NCBI GenBank assembly: GCA_036770365.1
Contig: DAIPJH010000002.1
Span: forward strand, 33,014 to 97,013
DNA: 64,000 nucleotides
Origin: Rickettsiales bacterium
Lineage (GTDB): Bacteria; Pseudomonadota; Alphaproteobacteria; Rickettsiales; UBA998
Direction: 5' to 3'
Part shown: piece after piece, positions 47,642 through 57,689 of the stretch
How the letters are laid out: every line of letters starts with the position of its first letter
How positions within the stretch are numbered: the stretch's first letter is position 1
Program-made: the position numbers and the translations under genes
Notes under the pieces: model-generated
Seen by the model: only the letters and a program-made list of their open reading frames with translations
Databases searched by the model: none
Told to the model about the DNA's origin: nothing

Positions 47642-48762
47642 TATTTACTCGTCTTTATGCCTTTCGTTTACTTGGTTTTTCATTGCTATTACTGGCAGGT
47701 GCGTGTGCTAGCAAAGGTCCTGAGCATCTTAGTCTATCTAAAGCATCGTACGATGATTTAACCAGCTGGCACAGCGACCAGCATCGCTTCGCACTCATCT
47801 CTTTTCTTCAATCTTGTCAGGCAAAAGTACCCGCCTGGACATCAACAGACAACACTGATTTACCCGCACTGCCTGATGCATCGCGCTGGCACGATCTTTG
47901 CGTTGAGGCGTCACAAGCAAGTAGTTCAGACGAGACGGCCAAAGCATTCTTCGAGCGCAATTTTCAACCCTACCACGTCGCAAGCTCGCTAGACAGTAAG
48001 GGTCTTTTTACAGGGTATTATGCTCCCATTTTACGTGGATCTCGTACCCAAACAGAGCTGTTCAAATACCCTGTCTATGGTCTCCCCCCTGAAGTCAGTG
48101 CCTCTGGTGCAGGCGCACGCATGTTATCACGTGCAGAAATAGATAATGGCGCACTAGCAGGTCGTGGGCTAGAAATTATGTGGGTTGATGACCATATCAT
48201 GCGTTTTTTCTTAGAAATACAAGGTTCAGGACTGGTTCAATTACCTGATGGCACGCTCACCCGTTTACAGTATGCAGGCAAGAACGGACACCCCTATCGT
48301 TCGATTGGAAAAATTTTGATAGAGCGCGGTGAAATTGCCAAAGAGGATATGAGTATGCCTGTACTGCGCAATTGGCTTTATGAACACCCATTTCAAGCAA
48401 CCAAGCTCATGCAGGAAAACCCTTCTTACGTTTTCTTCCGTGAAGACTCCAACACAAACCATGTTATCGGTGCGCAGGGTGTACCTCTCACACCGATGCG
48501 TTCACTCGCAGTTGACCCCACCCATATCCCTTATGGCTTACCACTCTTTTTACGTACTACCTTGCCTGCGGGCGCAACAGCAGATGGCACACCTGCAGCT
48601 TTTGAACATACATTAATTGCTCAAGATACAGGCGGAGCAATTCGCGGTGTAGTGCGTGGCGATATTTTCTTTGGATTTGGCGCAGATGCCGAAAAACCCG
48701 CAGGGCTAATGCAATCCACGGGTGCTTTGACCTTACTCATCCCAAAAACCAATGCCGAATGA
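47638..48762 (+). CDS. mltA: murein transglycosylase A
   Basis: It has a lipoprotein-like signal (LLLLAGACAS). FFLEIQGSG and the 3D-domain LIAQDTGGAIRG...DIFFG are present. Confidence 0.85.
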   Translation: MIFTRLYAFRLLGFSLLLLAGACASKGPEHLSLSKASYDDLTSWHSDQHRFALISFLQSCQAKVPAWTSTDNTDLPALPDASRWHDLCVEASQASSSDETAKAFFERNFQPYHVASSLDSKGLFTGYYAPILRGSRTQTELFKYPVYGLPPEVSASGAGARMLSRAEIDNGALAGRGLEIMWVDDHIMRFFLEIQGSGLVQLPDGTLTRLQYAGKNGHPYRSIGKILIERGEIAKEDMSMPVLRNWLYEHPFQATKLMQENPSYVFFREDSNTNHVIGAQGVPLTPMRSLAVDPTHIPYGLPLFLRTTLPAGATADGTPAAFEHTLIAQDTGGAIRGVVRGDIFFGFGADAEKPAGLMQSTGALTLLIPKTNAE

Positions 48763-49336
48763 CACACCACAGAACCCCCATGATCTTCCAGATATGCCTG
48801 AAATATGGTCATATGTGACACATGACGTGTTGCCACTAACCACAAAAACAATACACATTCATCCAGAGCATCCCCAGACACATCTCGGCGAAATTAAACG
48901 CGCCGTCCGCCGCAAACGGGAGCAAGAAGCATGCTTCATGTCCTCACCTCATAACACACATGTCCCGCTCCACCACAACCACACCTGTTTGCTAGACAAC
49001 CGCTTAAAAAAACGCATTGCCAAGGGCAAGGAAAAGATTGATGCAAGCTTTGACCTGCACGGCATGACGCTTGCTACTGCCCATACACAACTTCAACATT
49101 TTCTACAAAATGCCTACCATATGCGCCTACGAACATTGCTTATCATAACAGGCAAAGGTAAAGATGGTGAGGGTATCCTACGCAAAACAGTACCTCTATG
49201 GCTTGACCATGCGGCACGTCAACATATCGTTCAAAATTATGATACTGCCACCACCATCCATGGTGGTGATGGCGCATTTTATGTAAGACTTCGTCAGCTA
49301 AACCCAATAGTAGGAGGCACAGATGAACTTTTTTGA
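48752..49336 (+). CDS. Smr-domain protein
   Basis: The C-terminal LDLHGMTLATAHTQL ... LLIITGKG is the Smr motif. Confidence 0.8.
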   Translation: MPNDTPQNPHDLPDMPEIWSYVTHDVLPLTTKTIHIHPEHPQTHLGEIKRAVRRKREQEACFMSSPHNTHVPLHHNHTCLLDNRLKKRIAKGKEKIDASFDLHGMTLATAHTQLQHFLQNAYHMRLRTLLIITGKGKDGEGILRKTVPLWLDHAARQHIVQNYDTATTIHGGDGAFYVRLRQLNPIVGGTDELF

Positions 49337-50048
49337 GTGTGACCTCCCTGCCCTTTCCTCTCCTGATGTTCCACATATTTTGGTGGTAGATGATGATGAA
49401 CGCCTACGTGAACTACTACGCACCTACCTTTCGAAGCAAGACTGGATGGTGAGCGTAGCACAAGATACTACCGAAGCACGCAATCTGCTACATTACATCC
49501 ACTGTGACGTGATGATTTTAGATGTGATGATGCCAGGAGAATCAGGAATAGCCTACGCTCAATCACTCAATCTACCCAACAATCAGCAGCATCCTCCCAT
49601 TCTCATGCTCACGGCGATGAATGAACCAGATGACCGTATTTCTGGTCTAGAAACAGGCATTGATGACTACCTCACCAAACCCTTTGAACCACGAGAATTG
49701 GTCTTACGTATCCAAGCCATTTTACGACGCACAAAACAAGACAGACACGCAGTATCAACCTTGCAATTCGGTGATTTTATACTTGATATGGATCACAAGA
49801 TTCTCACACAACATGGAAAGCCCATTCACCTTACCGATGCTGAAATGAATACTTTGTTCACCCTTGCTCACCACGCGGGCAACACCGTATCCCGCGAGCA
49901 ATTAATGTCAAGTGATGCGAGTGGAACAAGCGGTGAACGCAGCGTAGATGTACAAATTACCCGCCTGCGCAAACGTATTGAGGAAGATCCTTCCCGTCCT
50001 CGTTTTATCCAGACCCTACGCGGGGCTGGCTATGTTTTGAAAGTATAG
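49323..50048 (+). CDS. OmpR-family response regulator (ChvI-like)
   Basis: It has a receiver domain (ILVVDDDERLRELL ... MILDVMMPGESG ... KPF) and a winged-helix output (VDVQITRLRKRIE ... IQTLRGAGY). Confidence 0.9.
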   Translation: MNFFECDLPALSSPDVPHILVVDDDERLRELLRTYLSKQDWMVSVAQDTTEARNLLHYIHCDVMILDVMMPGESGIAYAQSLNLPNNQQHPPILMLTAMNEPDDRISGLETGIDDYLTKPFEPRELVLRIQAILRRTKQDRHAVSTLQFGDFILDMDHKILTQHGKPIHLTDAEMNTLFTLAHHAGNTVSREQLMSSDASGTSGERSVDVQITRLRKRIEEDPSRPRFIQTLRGAGYVLKV

Positions 50049-50054
50049 GTTCTT

Positions 50055-51428
50055 ATGGCAACCCCGCAGGATAACAGCCCATTTCCACGTAAAGGACTAA
50101 GAAGATTTATCCCCTCTAGCCTTTTTGGTCGCGCACTCCTCATTTTAGTTGTCCCCACGATTATCGTTCAATTACTTGCTCTTTATATGTTCTATGAACG
50201 CCATTGGGCGAGCGTAGCACGTAATATGTCTGCAACCCTTGCTAATGATGTCGCCCTCCTCGTACAAGAAACACGTTATGGTAATGTTGACGACCGTGAA
50301 GCATGGCGTGTTAAAGCACGCCATACGTTGGGTATCATTGTCAGCTACGGCCCTATCCCCAAAAACTTTCAACCTGATACCCAAAGAGATACGCCTTATC
50401 CTGATTTTTACACCCAACTACATCTGCGGCTTGCTTTACCCTTTAATCTCATCATAAACCCCAAAGAAGATACTATGACTGTACGTATCAAGCTGCGCGA
50501 TAGCCTAATGCGCCTTGATGTCTCACGTAAACGCCTCATGAACCCAACCACCTCTATCTTTACCTTATGGATTTTTAGTACGACCAGCTTATTACTGGCT
50601 ATTTCAACTATCTTTTTACGTAACCAGATCCGCCCGATCACACGCCTCGCACGCGCCGCAGAAGCCTTTGGGACAGGACGTGATGACCCCGAATTTTCTC
50701 CCAGAGGCGCAAAAGAAATACGTCAAGCTGGTCACGCCTTCCTACGCATGCGAAACCGCGTCCAACGCCAAATTGCCACACGCTCTGCTATGCTCTCTGG
50801 CATTTCTCATGACCTGCGTACCCCACTCACGCGCATGAAGCTACAGCTTGCCATGCTCAGTGACACCAAAGCTGCCGCTGCGCTGGATGCTGACATCGCC
50901 ACCATGCAGCATATGATCCAAGAATATCTTGACTATGCACGTGGCTCTGGTGGTGAAGATACCACACTTATTGACGTACGTGATATTGTACGTGACCTCG
51001 CCTCACGCCATAGGCAAGCAGGCTCACCTGTTACCTTAGAAGAAGAAACCGAAACTCCTGTCATTTTGCCACTACGCCGTCTCGCTATTGTGCGCACGAT
51101 TGATAATCTCATTAGCAACGCCCTGCGTTATGGCAAACGCTGCCGCATTTACCTGCATGAAGATGAGCATTATGTCTATATCATGGTTGAGGACGATGGC
51201 ACTGGCATCGCTGAAACTGACCACGAACTGGTTTTTGCACCCTTTAGACGCTTGGAAGGCTCACGCAACAGCGCAACAGGCGGAGTTGGACTCGGACTCA
51301 CCATCGCACGCGACATCGCACAAGGTCACGGTGGCGATATCTATCTCAGCAACCGCACAGATGCAGCGGGTAGCATATTTGGACTCAGCGTATGCATCAA
51401 GTTACCCAAACAGTCGTATGCTAGTTGA
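50055..51428 (+). CDS. sensor histidine kinase (two TM, HAMP, HisKA, HATPase)
   Basis: It has the ISHDLRTPLTRM H-box, the NLISNALRYG N-box and the GGVGLGLTIARDI G-box. Confidence 0.9.
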   Translation: MATPQDNSPFPRKGLRRFIPSSLFGRALLILVVPTIIVQLLALYMFYERHWASVARNMSATLANDVALLVQETRYGNVDDREAWRVKARHTLGIIVSYGPIPKNFQPDTQRDTPYPDFYTQLHLRLALPFNLIINPKEDTMTVRIKLRDSLMRLDVSRKRLMNPTTSIFTLWIFSTTSLLLAISTIFLRNQIRPITRLARAAEAFGTGRDDPEFSPRGAKEIRQAGHAFLRMRNRVQRQIATRSAMLSGISHDLRTPLTRMKLQLAMLSDTKAAAALDADIATMQHMIQEYLDYARGSGGEDTTLIDVRDIVRDLASRHRQAGSPVTLEEETETPVILPLRRLAIVRTIDNLISNALRYGKRCRIYLHEDEHYVYIMVEDDGTGIAETDHELVFAPFRRLEGSRNSATGGVGLGLTIARDIAQGHGGDIYLSNRTDAAGSIFGLSVCIKLPKQSYAS

Positions 51429-53433
51429 TATGCTTGGCATAAAACTCTGAAAAATCAAGCGCACTACGACGTATCGTGGCTTGTTGCGCATCTTTACATG
51501 CTTGGCTACCAAGCCTTGCCCGCAAAGTCGTATCATCAATTAAACGTTTCGCTGCATTAAAACACGCATCCTCATCTTTGGTATCAATCTGAAGGATATT
51601 GTCGCCATCACGCCCAAAGTCTTTCACGCCACCCGCAAGCGGCGCAACCACTGCCGCACCACAAGCCATCGCTTCAAGTGCTGGACGACCAAATGCCTGA
51701 AAATCTGAATAATCAAGAAATATATCCGCATTACGCATCAACATCGCCACTTCTGGACGACCTAGAATCTCATAATTATGGTACTCAAAGCCCTGCTCTA
51801 CCTCAGACGCAGCAACAGCATCATCTTTTGAACCAAAAATACAGATATTTATGCGATCAGCATAGATCGCTTTAAGGCGTTTAAGCACCTTCATCGTCAT
51901 CACTGTGCCACGCCACGGTGTATTCACCCGCACCATCGCTACAACATTGATCCGCTCTTCACTCTTGCTACGTGTGAAATCAGGATAAAATAGTTTTGTA
52001 TCTAAACAACCTGCAATCTTATGTACCGTGATCCCATGTTTCTCTGTGATCACCTCACACACCCACGGGCTAATCGCAAACAACATCATATCCTTGATCA
52101 AGCCATAACTTGCCAATGCCCCCTTATATTCATTAGGGTGTCTACCATCTTGATAGAAATAAGGCTCATAATCCTGCACGAAATATGCTGCTTTTAAGTC
52201 TTCATGTTGCGTCATCAGATCTTTGACGGTCTGCACTGTATTCCACATCGTCGCCACGGCGACACGGTATGGCGCACACAAGACAGAGAGCTGTTGCTCA
52301 TTATCATAAAAGGCAAAAAGATTCGCTTTATCCGCAAAGAAACGTAGATAATCACCCTTCACTGAGCTATGTGCGGCAATCAACACTTTCGCACCAAGTT
52401 GTTGTAAACCCTGTGCAAGTTCGACTACCATTTGTGTCCCACCCGCTTTGGCTTCGCAATTTGACGTCAAAAATACTAGCGAAATAGCTTCATTCGAAGG
52501 CGCAAAATCTTTAATAACAGAACGCCCCGTTTTGCGTCCGAAATAAAGTCCTTCTGACTGCGCACTGCGCACACGTTCACGCACTGCATCCATCTCAGGG
52601 TGATTGCGAAGCGCAGCATCAACTTTACTTAAACGCTCATCACCATGCTTGGTACGAATCGCCTGATGCGCTGACCCAGTGAGGTTCTCACGCTGCTTCA
52701 CACCAAAGCTTTTGGACGTTGCATGGTACACATACACATCATCCGCAATCGCAATTTCAAAACCAGCATCGCTTGCGCGCAAGCAATAATCATTTTCTTC
52801 ACCGTAACCACGAGGAAAAGTCACTTCATCTAAATACCCTATCGCATCCATCACATGTCGACAGACCATGAAACAAAACCCATTTGCCACTGGCACGCGT
52901 GGATAAGCACGCCACGATACTTTCCCTACCATGCGCGCATATGCTGCTACTGTGACATCTTTAGGCAATTCGTTTTGTTTCCACTGCCCAAACTCATCAA
53001 AGACAAACGGTACAGATTGATATGTTGCCGCATTGGATAGCGCGCCGACAACCCCTATCTTACTATCACTTTTCGCGCAGGCAATCATACGTTCTGCCCA
53101 CGCAGGCGATGCGACCGTATCGCTATTAAGCAAAATACTATAAGTCGCTTTGCTCGCACGAAGCCCTTTGTTGGCAGCACAGGTATAGCCCTGCGCCTGC
53201 TCATTTTTCAGCAAGGTGACGTGCTTAAATTCTTGTGCATAATATTCAAGGAGCTTGCTGGTTTCAACCTTTGAGCCATCATTGACAATGATCAGTTGAT
53301 AGGGCATCTCAGTATGACGCAGTACCGACTCTAGGCACGCACGCGTATAATCTGGTGCGTTATGCACACACACAATCACAGCCAATTCAGGGGTATTTTT
53401 AGTCACGGGTGAGTTTCCAATGGTCGCAGACAT
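51421..53433 (-). CDS. fused glycosyltransferase (N-terminal GT2-like, C-terminal GT1/GT4-like)
   Basis: AVIVCVHNAPDYTRACLESV ... LIIVNDGS is GT2-like. The C-terminal FGRPALEAMACGAAVVAP is GT4-like. The track ORF extends to 53454; I prefer ATG 53433 (MSATIG). Confidence 0.75.
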   Translation of the reverse strand: MSATIGNSPVTKNTPELAVIVCVHNAPDYTRACLESVLRHTEMPYQLIIVNDGSKVETSKLLEYYAQEFKHVTLLKNEQAQGYTCAANKGLRASKATYSILLNSDTVASPAWAERMIACAKSDSKIGVVGALSNAATYQSVPFVFDEFGQWKQNELPKDVTVAAYARMVGKVSWRAYPRVPVANGFCFMVCRHVMDAIGYLDEVTFPRGYGEENDYCLRASDAGFEIAIADDVYVYHATSKSFGVKQRENLTGSAHQAIRTKHGDERLSKVDAALRNHPEMDAVRERVRSAQSEGLYFGRKTGRSVIKDFAPSNEAISLVFLTSNCEAKAGGTQMVVELAQGLQQLGAKVLIAAHSSVKGDYLRFFADKANLFAFYDNEQQLSVLCAPYRVAVATMWNTVQTVKDLMTQHEDLKAAYFVQDYEPYFYQDGRHPNEYKGALASYGLIKDMMLFAISPWVCEVITEKHGITVHKIAGCLDTKLFYPDFTRSKSEERINVVAMVRVNTPWRGTVMTMKVLKRLKAIYADRINICIFGSKDDAVAASEVEQGFEYHNYEILGRPEVAMLMRNADIFLDYSDFQAFGRPALEAMACGAAVVAPLAGGVKDFGRDGDNILQIDTKDEDACFNAAKRLIDDTTLRARLGSQACKDAQQATIRRSALDFSEFYAKHIN

Positions 53434-53779
53434 CAAAGACACTTTCACAATCATCTAACGCGGATCTTCCGCAAGGTTTTCCTAGAAGTTTTAAGCGCAA
53501 CCGCGCAATCAACCACCCCATACGCCATGCCGTACTAGACTTGGTTGCATGAATATAATGACGTAAACGCTCGATTAAATCGGTAACATAGTTTAAGTCA
53601 CGGTTCACCGACTCTAACAGCAAGAGTAATTTTCGATTATCAACAAAAATCTGATAAACTCTTTCAATCGCCTTAGGGTCATTGAAATCTGCATCCGCAC
53701 CCAAACCGAAAGCTTCTTGCAAAATTTCAAGCTTTTCCTGATGTTCTAACGTTTCCATGGCATCCTCTAAAAATCGCAC
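53399..53779 (-). CDS. hypothetical helical protein (126 aa) overlapping the glycosyltransferase start
   Basis: Track ORF with an ATG start. It looks predominantly helical by eye and has no recognised family. It overlaps the downstream gene by about 35 nt. Confidence 0.35.
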   Translation of the reverse strand: MRFLEDAMETLEHQEKLEILQEAFGLGADADFNDPKAIERVYQIFVDNRKLLLLLESVNRDLNYVTDLIERLRHYIHATKSSTAWRMGWLIARLRLKLLGKPCGRSALDDCESVFDVCDHWKLTRD

Positions 53780-53822
53780 CTAGCAGTAAATTGCCGCCAG
53801 TAAAATTGCAATAAAAAACACT

Positions 53823-54770
53823 CTAGAAATGCGTATATCCTACACGCGCATAATGTAGATGGCATGCATGAACATCCTGTATATCAACACCTTCTCCTGC
53901 CACCACCTCACCTATAAGGGTGAGTCCTTGTGGCACGAAAGTATCAGCGGGCAGCGTCACTAACAACTCATAATCATCGCCACCTGCTACAATAGTCTGC
54001 CACGCAGCGTCACCCTCCAACGCCAACACTGCTTTTGCCGCCTGTGATAGTGGAATTTTTTCTTGGTGAATCACTAGTTTTACGCCAGATGCCCGTGCTA
54101 AATGCCCTGCGTCTTGTAACAACCCATCGGAAATATCCATTGCGCTAGAGGCTTTACCGAGCAGCTCCTGCCCCATAAAAATACGCGGACGGGGCAACAC
54201 ATAACGATCTTTCAAATAAGCTTGATGGGAAGCCTCTAATATTTGCAATTCACCGCGCATCACCCGCAGTCCTAGCACACTATCGCCAAGCGTTCCCGAC
54301 AGATAAAGCTTATCACCTAGTTTCGCCCTGCTTCGTGTGAGTGCGCTGCCATGTGGGACAAACCCTAGTGCCGTAAGTGAAAGACTCACATGTGACTTCG
54401 TGCGCGAGGTGTCGCCGCCCAACACATGTACACCATAATATGTATTATCCTCTTGTAATCCTGCTGCAAAATCAGCCAACCAGTTCTGCCCAATATGCGC
54501 CGGCAAACCAAGCCCAAGCAAATAGCCATACGGCTTTGCACCCATCGCGGCAAGGTCTGAAAGGTTGGTTCTAAGTAACTTCTTAGCAATCGATCGCGCT
54601 GGTTCATACCCGAAAAAATGCACCCCTTCATGCATTACATCCTTCGTCAGCACTAATTCCATACCCTCAGGCACGCACATCACCGCTGCGTCATCACGCA
54701 AACCGAGCGCATCCGCATACCCACCCGCGAGCGGTCGCATATAACGTGCGATGAAATCAAACTCGTGCAT
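53823..54770 (-). CDS. thiL: thiamine-monophosphate kinase
   Basis: MHEFDFIARY ... GLRDDAAV ... LTKDVMHEGVHF, together with the GGD and ISDGL motifs. Confidence 0.9.
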   Translation of the reverse strand: MHEFDFIARYMRPLAGGYADALGLRDDAAVMCVPEGMELVLTKDVMHEGVHFFGYEPARSIAKKLLRTNLSDLAAMGAKPYGYLLGLGLPAHIGQNWLADFAAGLQEDNTYYGVHVLGGDTSRTKSHVSLSLTALGFVPHGSALTRSRAKLGDKLYLSGTLGDSVLGLRVMRGELQILEASHQAYLKDRYVLPRPRIFMGQELLGKASSAMDISDGLLQDAGHLARASGVKLVIHQEKIPLSQAAKAVLALEGDAAWQTIVAGGDDYELLVTLPADTFVPQGLTLIGEVVAGEGVDIQDVHACHLHYARVGYTHF

Positions 54771-54787
54771 AATTAAACACCTAGCAA

Positions 54788-55270
54788 TTAAGCGTGTGGA
54801 CGCACCTTGCCAACCACTTCTTGCAGCAGCCCATTGATAAGTCCCAGTTCAGGATTATCATAGAAACTTGCGCTGAGATCGACATATTCATTAAGTAAGA
54901 TTTTGGTGTTTGTTTGTGGATGAAAGATGAGTTCATAGGTGGCAGCGCGGAGGATAGCACGTTGTAGTTCGGTCATGCGTTCACCTTCCCAACGCGAGGT
55001 CAGGGTTTCGCTCAGTGTTTCATCCAAACGCTGCATTTGTGATAACGACCCCGAAACAATCCCTATAAATGTTGGCCTATGTGGCTTTTCTTGCAGCACA
55101 AATTCATCCATTTCTTCGGTCTTTTCATCCTCTAACATCGACAGCATTCGCCCAACGAGCGCATCCGCCTCTGGCAATATATCTTCATAGCTGGCAAGAT
55201 AGAGGGCTTGCACCGCTAGCATTCGCGCTGCGCTTTTCGCTTGAAGAGATTTATTAGGAACTTGCGCCAT
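54788..55270 (-). CDS. nusB: transcription antitermination factor NusB
   Basis: SAARMLAVQALY ... ILRAATYEL ... INEYVDL. It shows the conserved position between ribH and thiL. Confidence 0.9.
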   Translation of the reverse strand: MAQVPNKSLQAKSAARMLAVQALYLASYEDILPEADALVGRMLSMLEDEKTEEMDEFVLQEKPHRPTFIGIVSGSLSQMQRLDETLSETLTSRWEGERMTELQRAILRAATYELIFHPQTNTKILLNEYVDLSASFYDNPELGLINGLLQEVVGKVRPHA

Positions 55271-55272
55271 GA

Positions 55273-55698
55273 TTAACCTTTGAACCTCTCATGAAGTGCC
55301 ATCAGCGCGAGGCATGCACGCGCCGCATCAGCACCTTTATTTTTCTGCTTCACATCGGCGCGAACCCATGCTTGCTCATCATTTTCCACCGTCAAAATGC
55401 CATTACCAACTGCCAAGCCACCAAGCGTGGTCAAATCCATCAGCGCACGTGCGCTCTCATTACACACAGTTTCATAATGAGTGGTTTCACCGCGAATCAC
55501 GCAGCCAAGAGCCACATAACCTGCATATTCTTCTGCGCTTGCGGCAATCGCAATCGCCGCAGGAATCTCCAGCGCACCTGGTACGGTCACCACTTCGGCT
55601 TCATGCCCTGCTTCATTGATAACTTGCGACGCACCGTCAATTAAACTTTCCGCGTAGTTTTCATAAAAAGTTGCTGCTACCAGCGCAATTTTAACCAT
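55273..55698 (-). CDS. ribH: 6,7-dimethyl-8-ribityllumazine synthase
   Basis: MVKIALVAATFYE ... VPGALEIP ... GCVIRGETTHYE ... GILT. The track ORF start at 55770 reads through a palindromic repeat; ATG 55698 gives the canonical length of 141 aa. Confidence 0.9.
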   Translation of the reverse strand: MVKIALVAATFYENYAESLIDGASQVINEAGHEAEVVTVPGALEIPAAIAIAASAEEYAGYVALGCVIRGETTHYETVCNESARALMDLTTLGGLAVGNGILTVENDEQAWVRADVKQKNKGADAARACLALMALHERFKG

Positions 55699-55720
55699 AT
55701 TCTTTTTCCCTATTTTCCTT

Positions 55721-55778
55721 GTCACTCCGGCGTAAGCTGGAGTCCAAACAATTCCTCCACTAGACTCCAAGCTTACGC
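55721..55778. repeat. REP-like palindromic element in the ribBA-ribH spacer
   Basis: GCGTAAGCTGGAGTC (55730-55744) pairs with GACTCCAAGCTTACGC (55763-55778). The flanking GTCACTCCGGCGTAAGCTGGAGT translates as ..WTPAYAGVT.., the hallmark pseudo-peptide of a small palindromic repeat family I recall from Rickettsiales/Legionellales-type genomes. Confidence 0.55.
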
Positions 55779-55830
55779 TGAAATAACAAGAGGAGGCTTC
55801 GCCATATCAGGCTTCGCCTAAAAAAACCAT

Positions 55831-56937
55831 CTATAAAATCTTCTCATAACGCACGATGTTCAACCCATACCCTTCAATCCCGACCACAGGGCGCGGATTA
55901 TTCGTCAGTAACACCATGTCTTTAACGCCCAAATCAAGCAAGATTTGCGCACCAATACCGTAATCACGCAGGTCAGGCTGCGGCGCACTGCGTGCTTCTA
56001 TACGTGCTTGCAGCTTACCTGAAAGTGCGTCCTTCATCGGCACACGTAGCAACACGATAACGCCACGCCCAAACTCACCAATATGGCTCATGGCACGCTG
56101 TAGCTCACCTGTTTTTGGGTTATTCAAATCCCCTAGTACATCCGTCAAAGGATCAAGTGTGTGCATACGCACTGGTACGGGGTCACTGCCTGATATATCA
56201 CCCTTGACCAAAACAATATGCTCGGCGTAGGTGATGCGACTAGTATAAAGCATCAAAGTAAACACACCACCATGCGCCGAACCAAAAGAAATTTCTGCGG
56301 TGCGTTCCACCAGTTTTTCACTGCGGCGACGATACGCAATCAAATCAGCAATCGTCGCAATCTTGATACCATGTTCTTTGGCAAATACGACAAGTTCAGG
56401 CAAACGCGCCATCGTGCCATCATCATTCATAATCTCACAGATCACCCCCGCAGGATTTAGGTCTGCCAAACGCGAAATATCCACCGCCGCTTCGGTATGC
56501 CCTGCACGCTCCAACACACCACCATCACGCGCCATCAGCGGGAATACATGGCCTGGAGAAGCAATGTCTTGTGCATTTTTTGTAGGGTCAATCGCCACTG
56601 CTACAGTACGCGCCCTATCTGCTGCAGAAATACCTGTGGTCACACCTTCACGTGCTTCGATGGAAATCGTAAAAGCAGTTTGGTGGCGTGATTGGTTATA
56701 TTGATTCATCAGCGGCAGCCCGAGCGTATGAATGCGGTCTTTGGTCATCGCCAAACAAATCAGACCACGCCCATATTTTGCCATGAAATTGATGGCTGCC
56801 GTATCAGCAAACTGCGCAGGAATTATCAAATCCCCTTCATTCTCGCGATCTTCATCATCAACCAAAATGAACATGCGCCCCGCTCGCGCATCCGCAATGA
56901 TGTCTTCAATCGGAGAGAGAAAAGCAGCAGGAGACAT
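55831..56937 (-). CDS. ribBA: bifunctional 3,4-dihydroxy-2-butanone-4-phosphate synthase / GTP cyclohydrolase II
   Basis: The N-terminal [13 protein letters not shown] (RibB) is followed by a C-terminal RibA-like half. 368 aa. Confidence 0.9.
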   Translation of the reverse strand: MSPAAFLSPIEDIIADARAGRMFILVDDEDRENEGDLIIPAQFADTAAINFMAKYGRGLICLAMTKDRIHTLGLPLMNQYNQSRHQTAFTISIEAREGVTTGISAADRARTVAVAIDPTKNAQDIASPGHVFPLMARDGGVLERAGHTEAAVDISRLADLNPAGVICEIMNDDGTMARLPELVVFAKEHGIKIATIADLIAYRRRSEKLVERTAEISFGSAHGGVFTLMLYTSRITYAEHIVLVKGDISGSDPVPVRMHTLDPLTDVLGDLNNPKTGELQRAMSHIGEFGRGVIVLLRVPMKDALSGKLQARIEARSAPQPDLRDYGIGAQILLDLGVKDMVLLTNNPRPVVGIEGYGLNIVRYEKIL

Positions 56938-57074
56938 GATAAACCCTATGCATAGTATTTCTATTTTTTTATGAAACAGTGGGCGAAAACTTTATTTTCC
57001 GAGAACCACAGCGCAGTGTACATAGCCATACATCAGCAGCGGAATACCATAAAAATAAAGTTTGCAGCGGTGTA

Positions 57075-57680
57075 TCATAAAAAAGTAGAATTACTATAAA
57101 AATCATTCAGACGTTTGACATAGCGCGCAAGCACATCAATTTCAAGGTTTAGCTTATCGCCCACACGTTTTGTTCCCCACGTTGTTACTTGTAGTGTATG
57201 CGGAATAAGTGCAAGCCCGAACTCGCAGCCCTCTATATCTGTCACGGTCAACGAAACCCCATCTAGCGTAACCGAACCCTTTTCAGCAATGAATCCTGCA
57301 AGTTCTTTTGGTGCGCGAAGTCGAAAGCGCATAGATTCGCCCTCCAACGCAAGAGAAATAATCTCCGCTACACCGTCCACATGCCCTGTGACGATATGCC
57401 CTCCCAGTTCATCACCCATTTTGAGCGCACGTTCTAAATTGATTTTTTTACCGACTTGCCATGTGCCAAGAGTCGTGACCTGCTGGGTTTGCTGGGATGC
57501 AACGACTTTATAACAATCTATGCCTTTTTCCATCACAGTCAGGCAAACGCCATCATGCGCAATAGAAGCACCCAAATTTATGCTTGCGACATCATAAGAG
57601 GTCACAATCGTGAGCGTCACGTCGGTCGCTTTTTCAAGGGCGCGCACTTCGCCAATATCGCTGATGATACCTGTGAACAT
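57075..57680 (-). CDS. ribE: riboflavin synthase (alpha subunit)
   Basis: It has the MFTGIISDIGEV N-terminus and the duplicated lumazine-binding repeats GASIAHDGVCLTV and GSVTLDGVSLTV. Confidence 0.9.
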   Translation of the reverse strand: MFTGIISDIGEVRALEKATDVTLTIVTSYDVASINLGASIAHDGVCLTVMEKGIDCYKVVASQQTQQVTTLGTWQVGKKINLERALKMGDELGGHIVTGHVDGVAEIISLALEGESMRFRLRAPKELAGFIAEKGSVTLDGVSLTVTDIEGCEFGLALIPHTLQVTTWGTKRVGDKLNLEIDVLARYVKRLNDFYSNSTFL

Positions 57681-57689
57681 AGAGACCTC

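Noticed and set aside
56938-57074. Looked for an FMN riboswitch upstream of ribBA (and at 58818-58923 upstream of ribD)
   Set aside because: Neither spacer contains the conserved FMN-aptamer strings (for example GGGGCAGGGTGAAATTCCC.ACCGGCGGT) on the gene strand.
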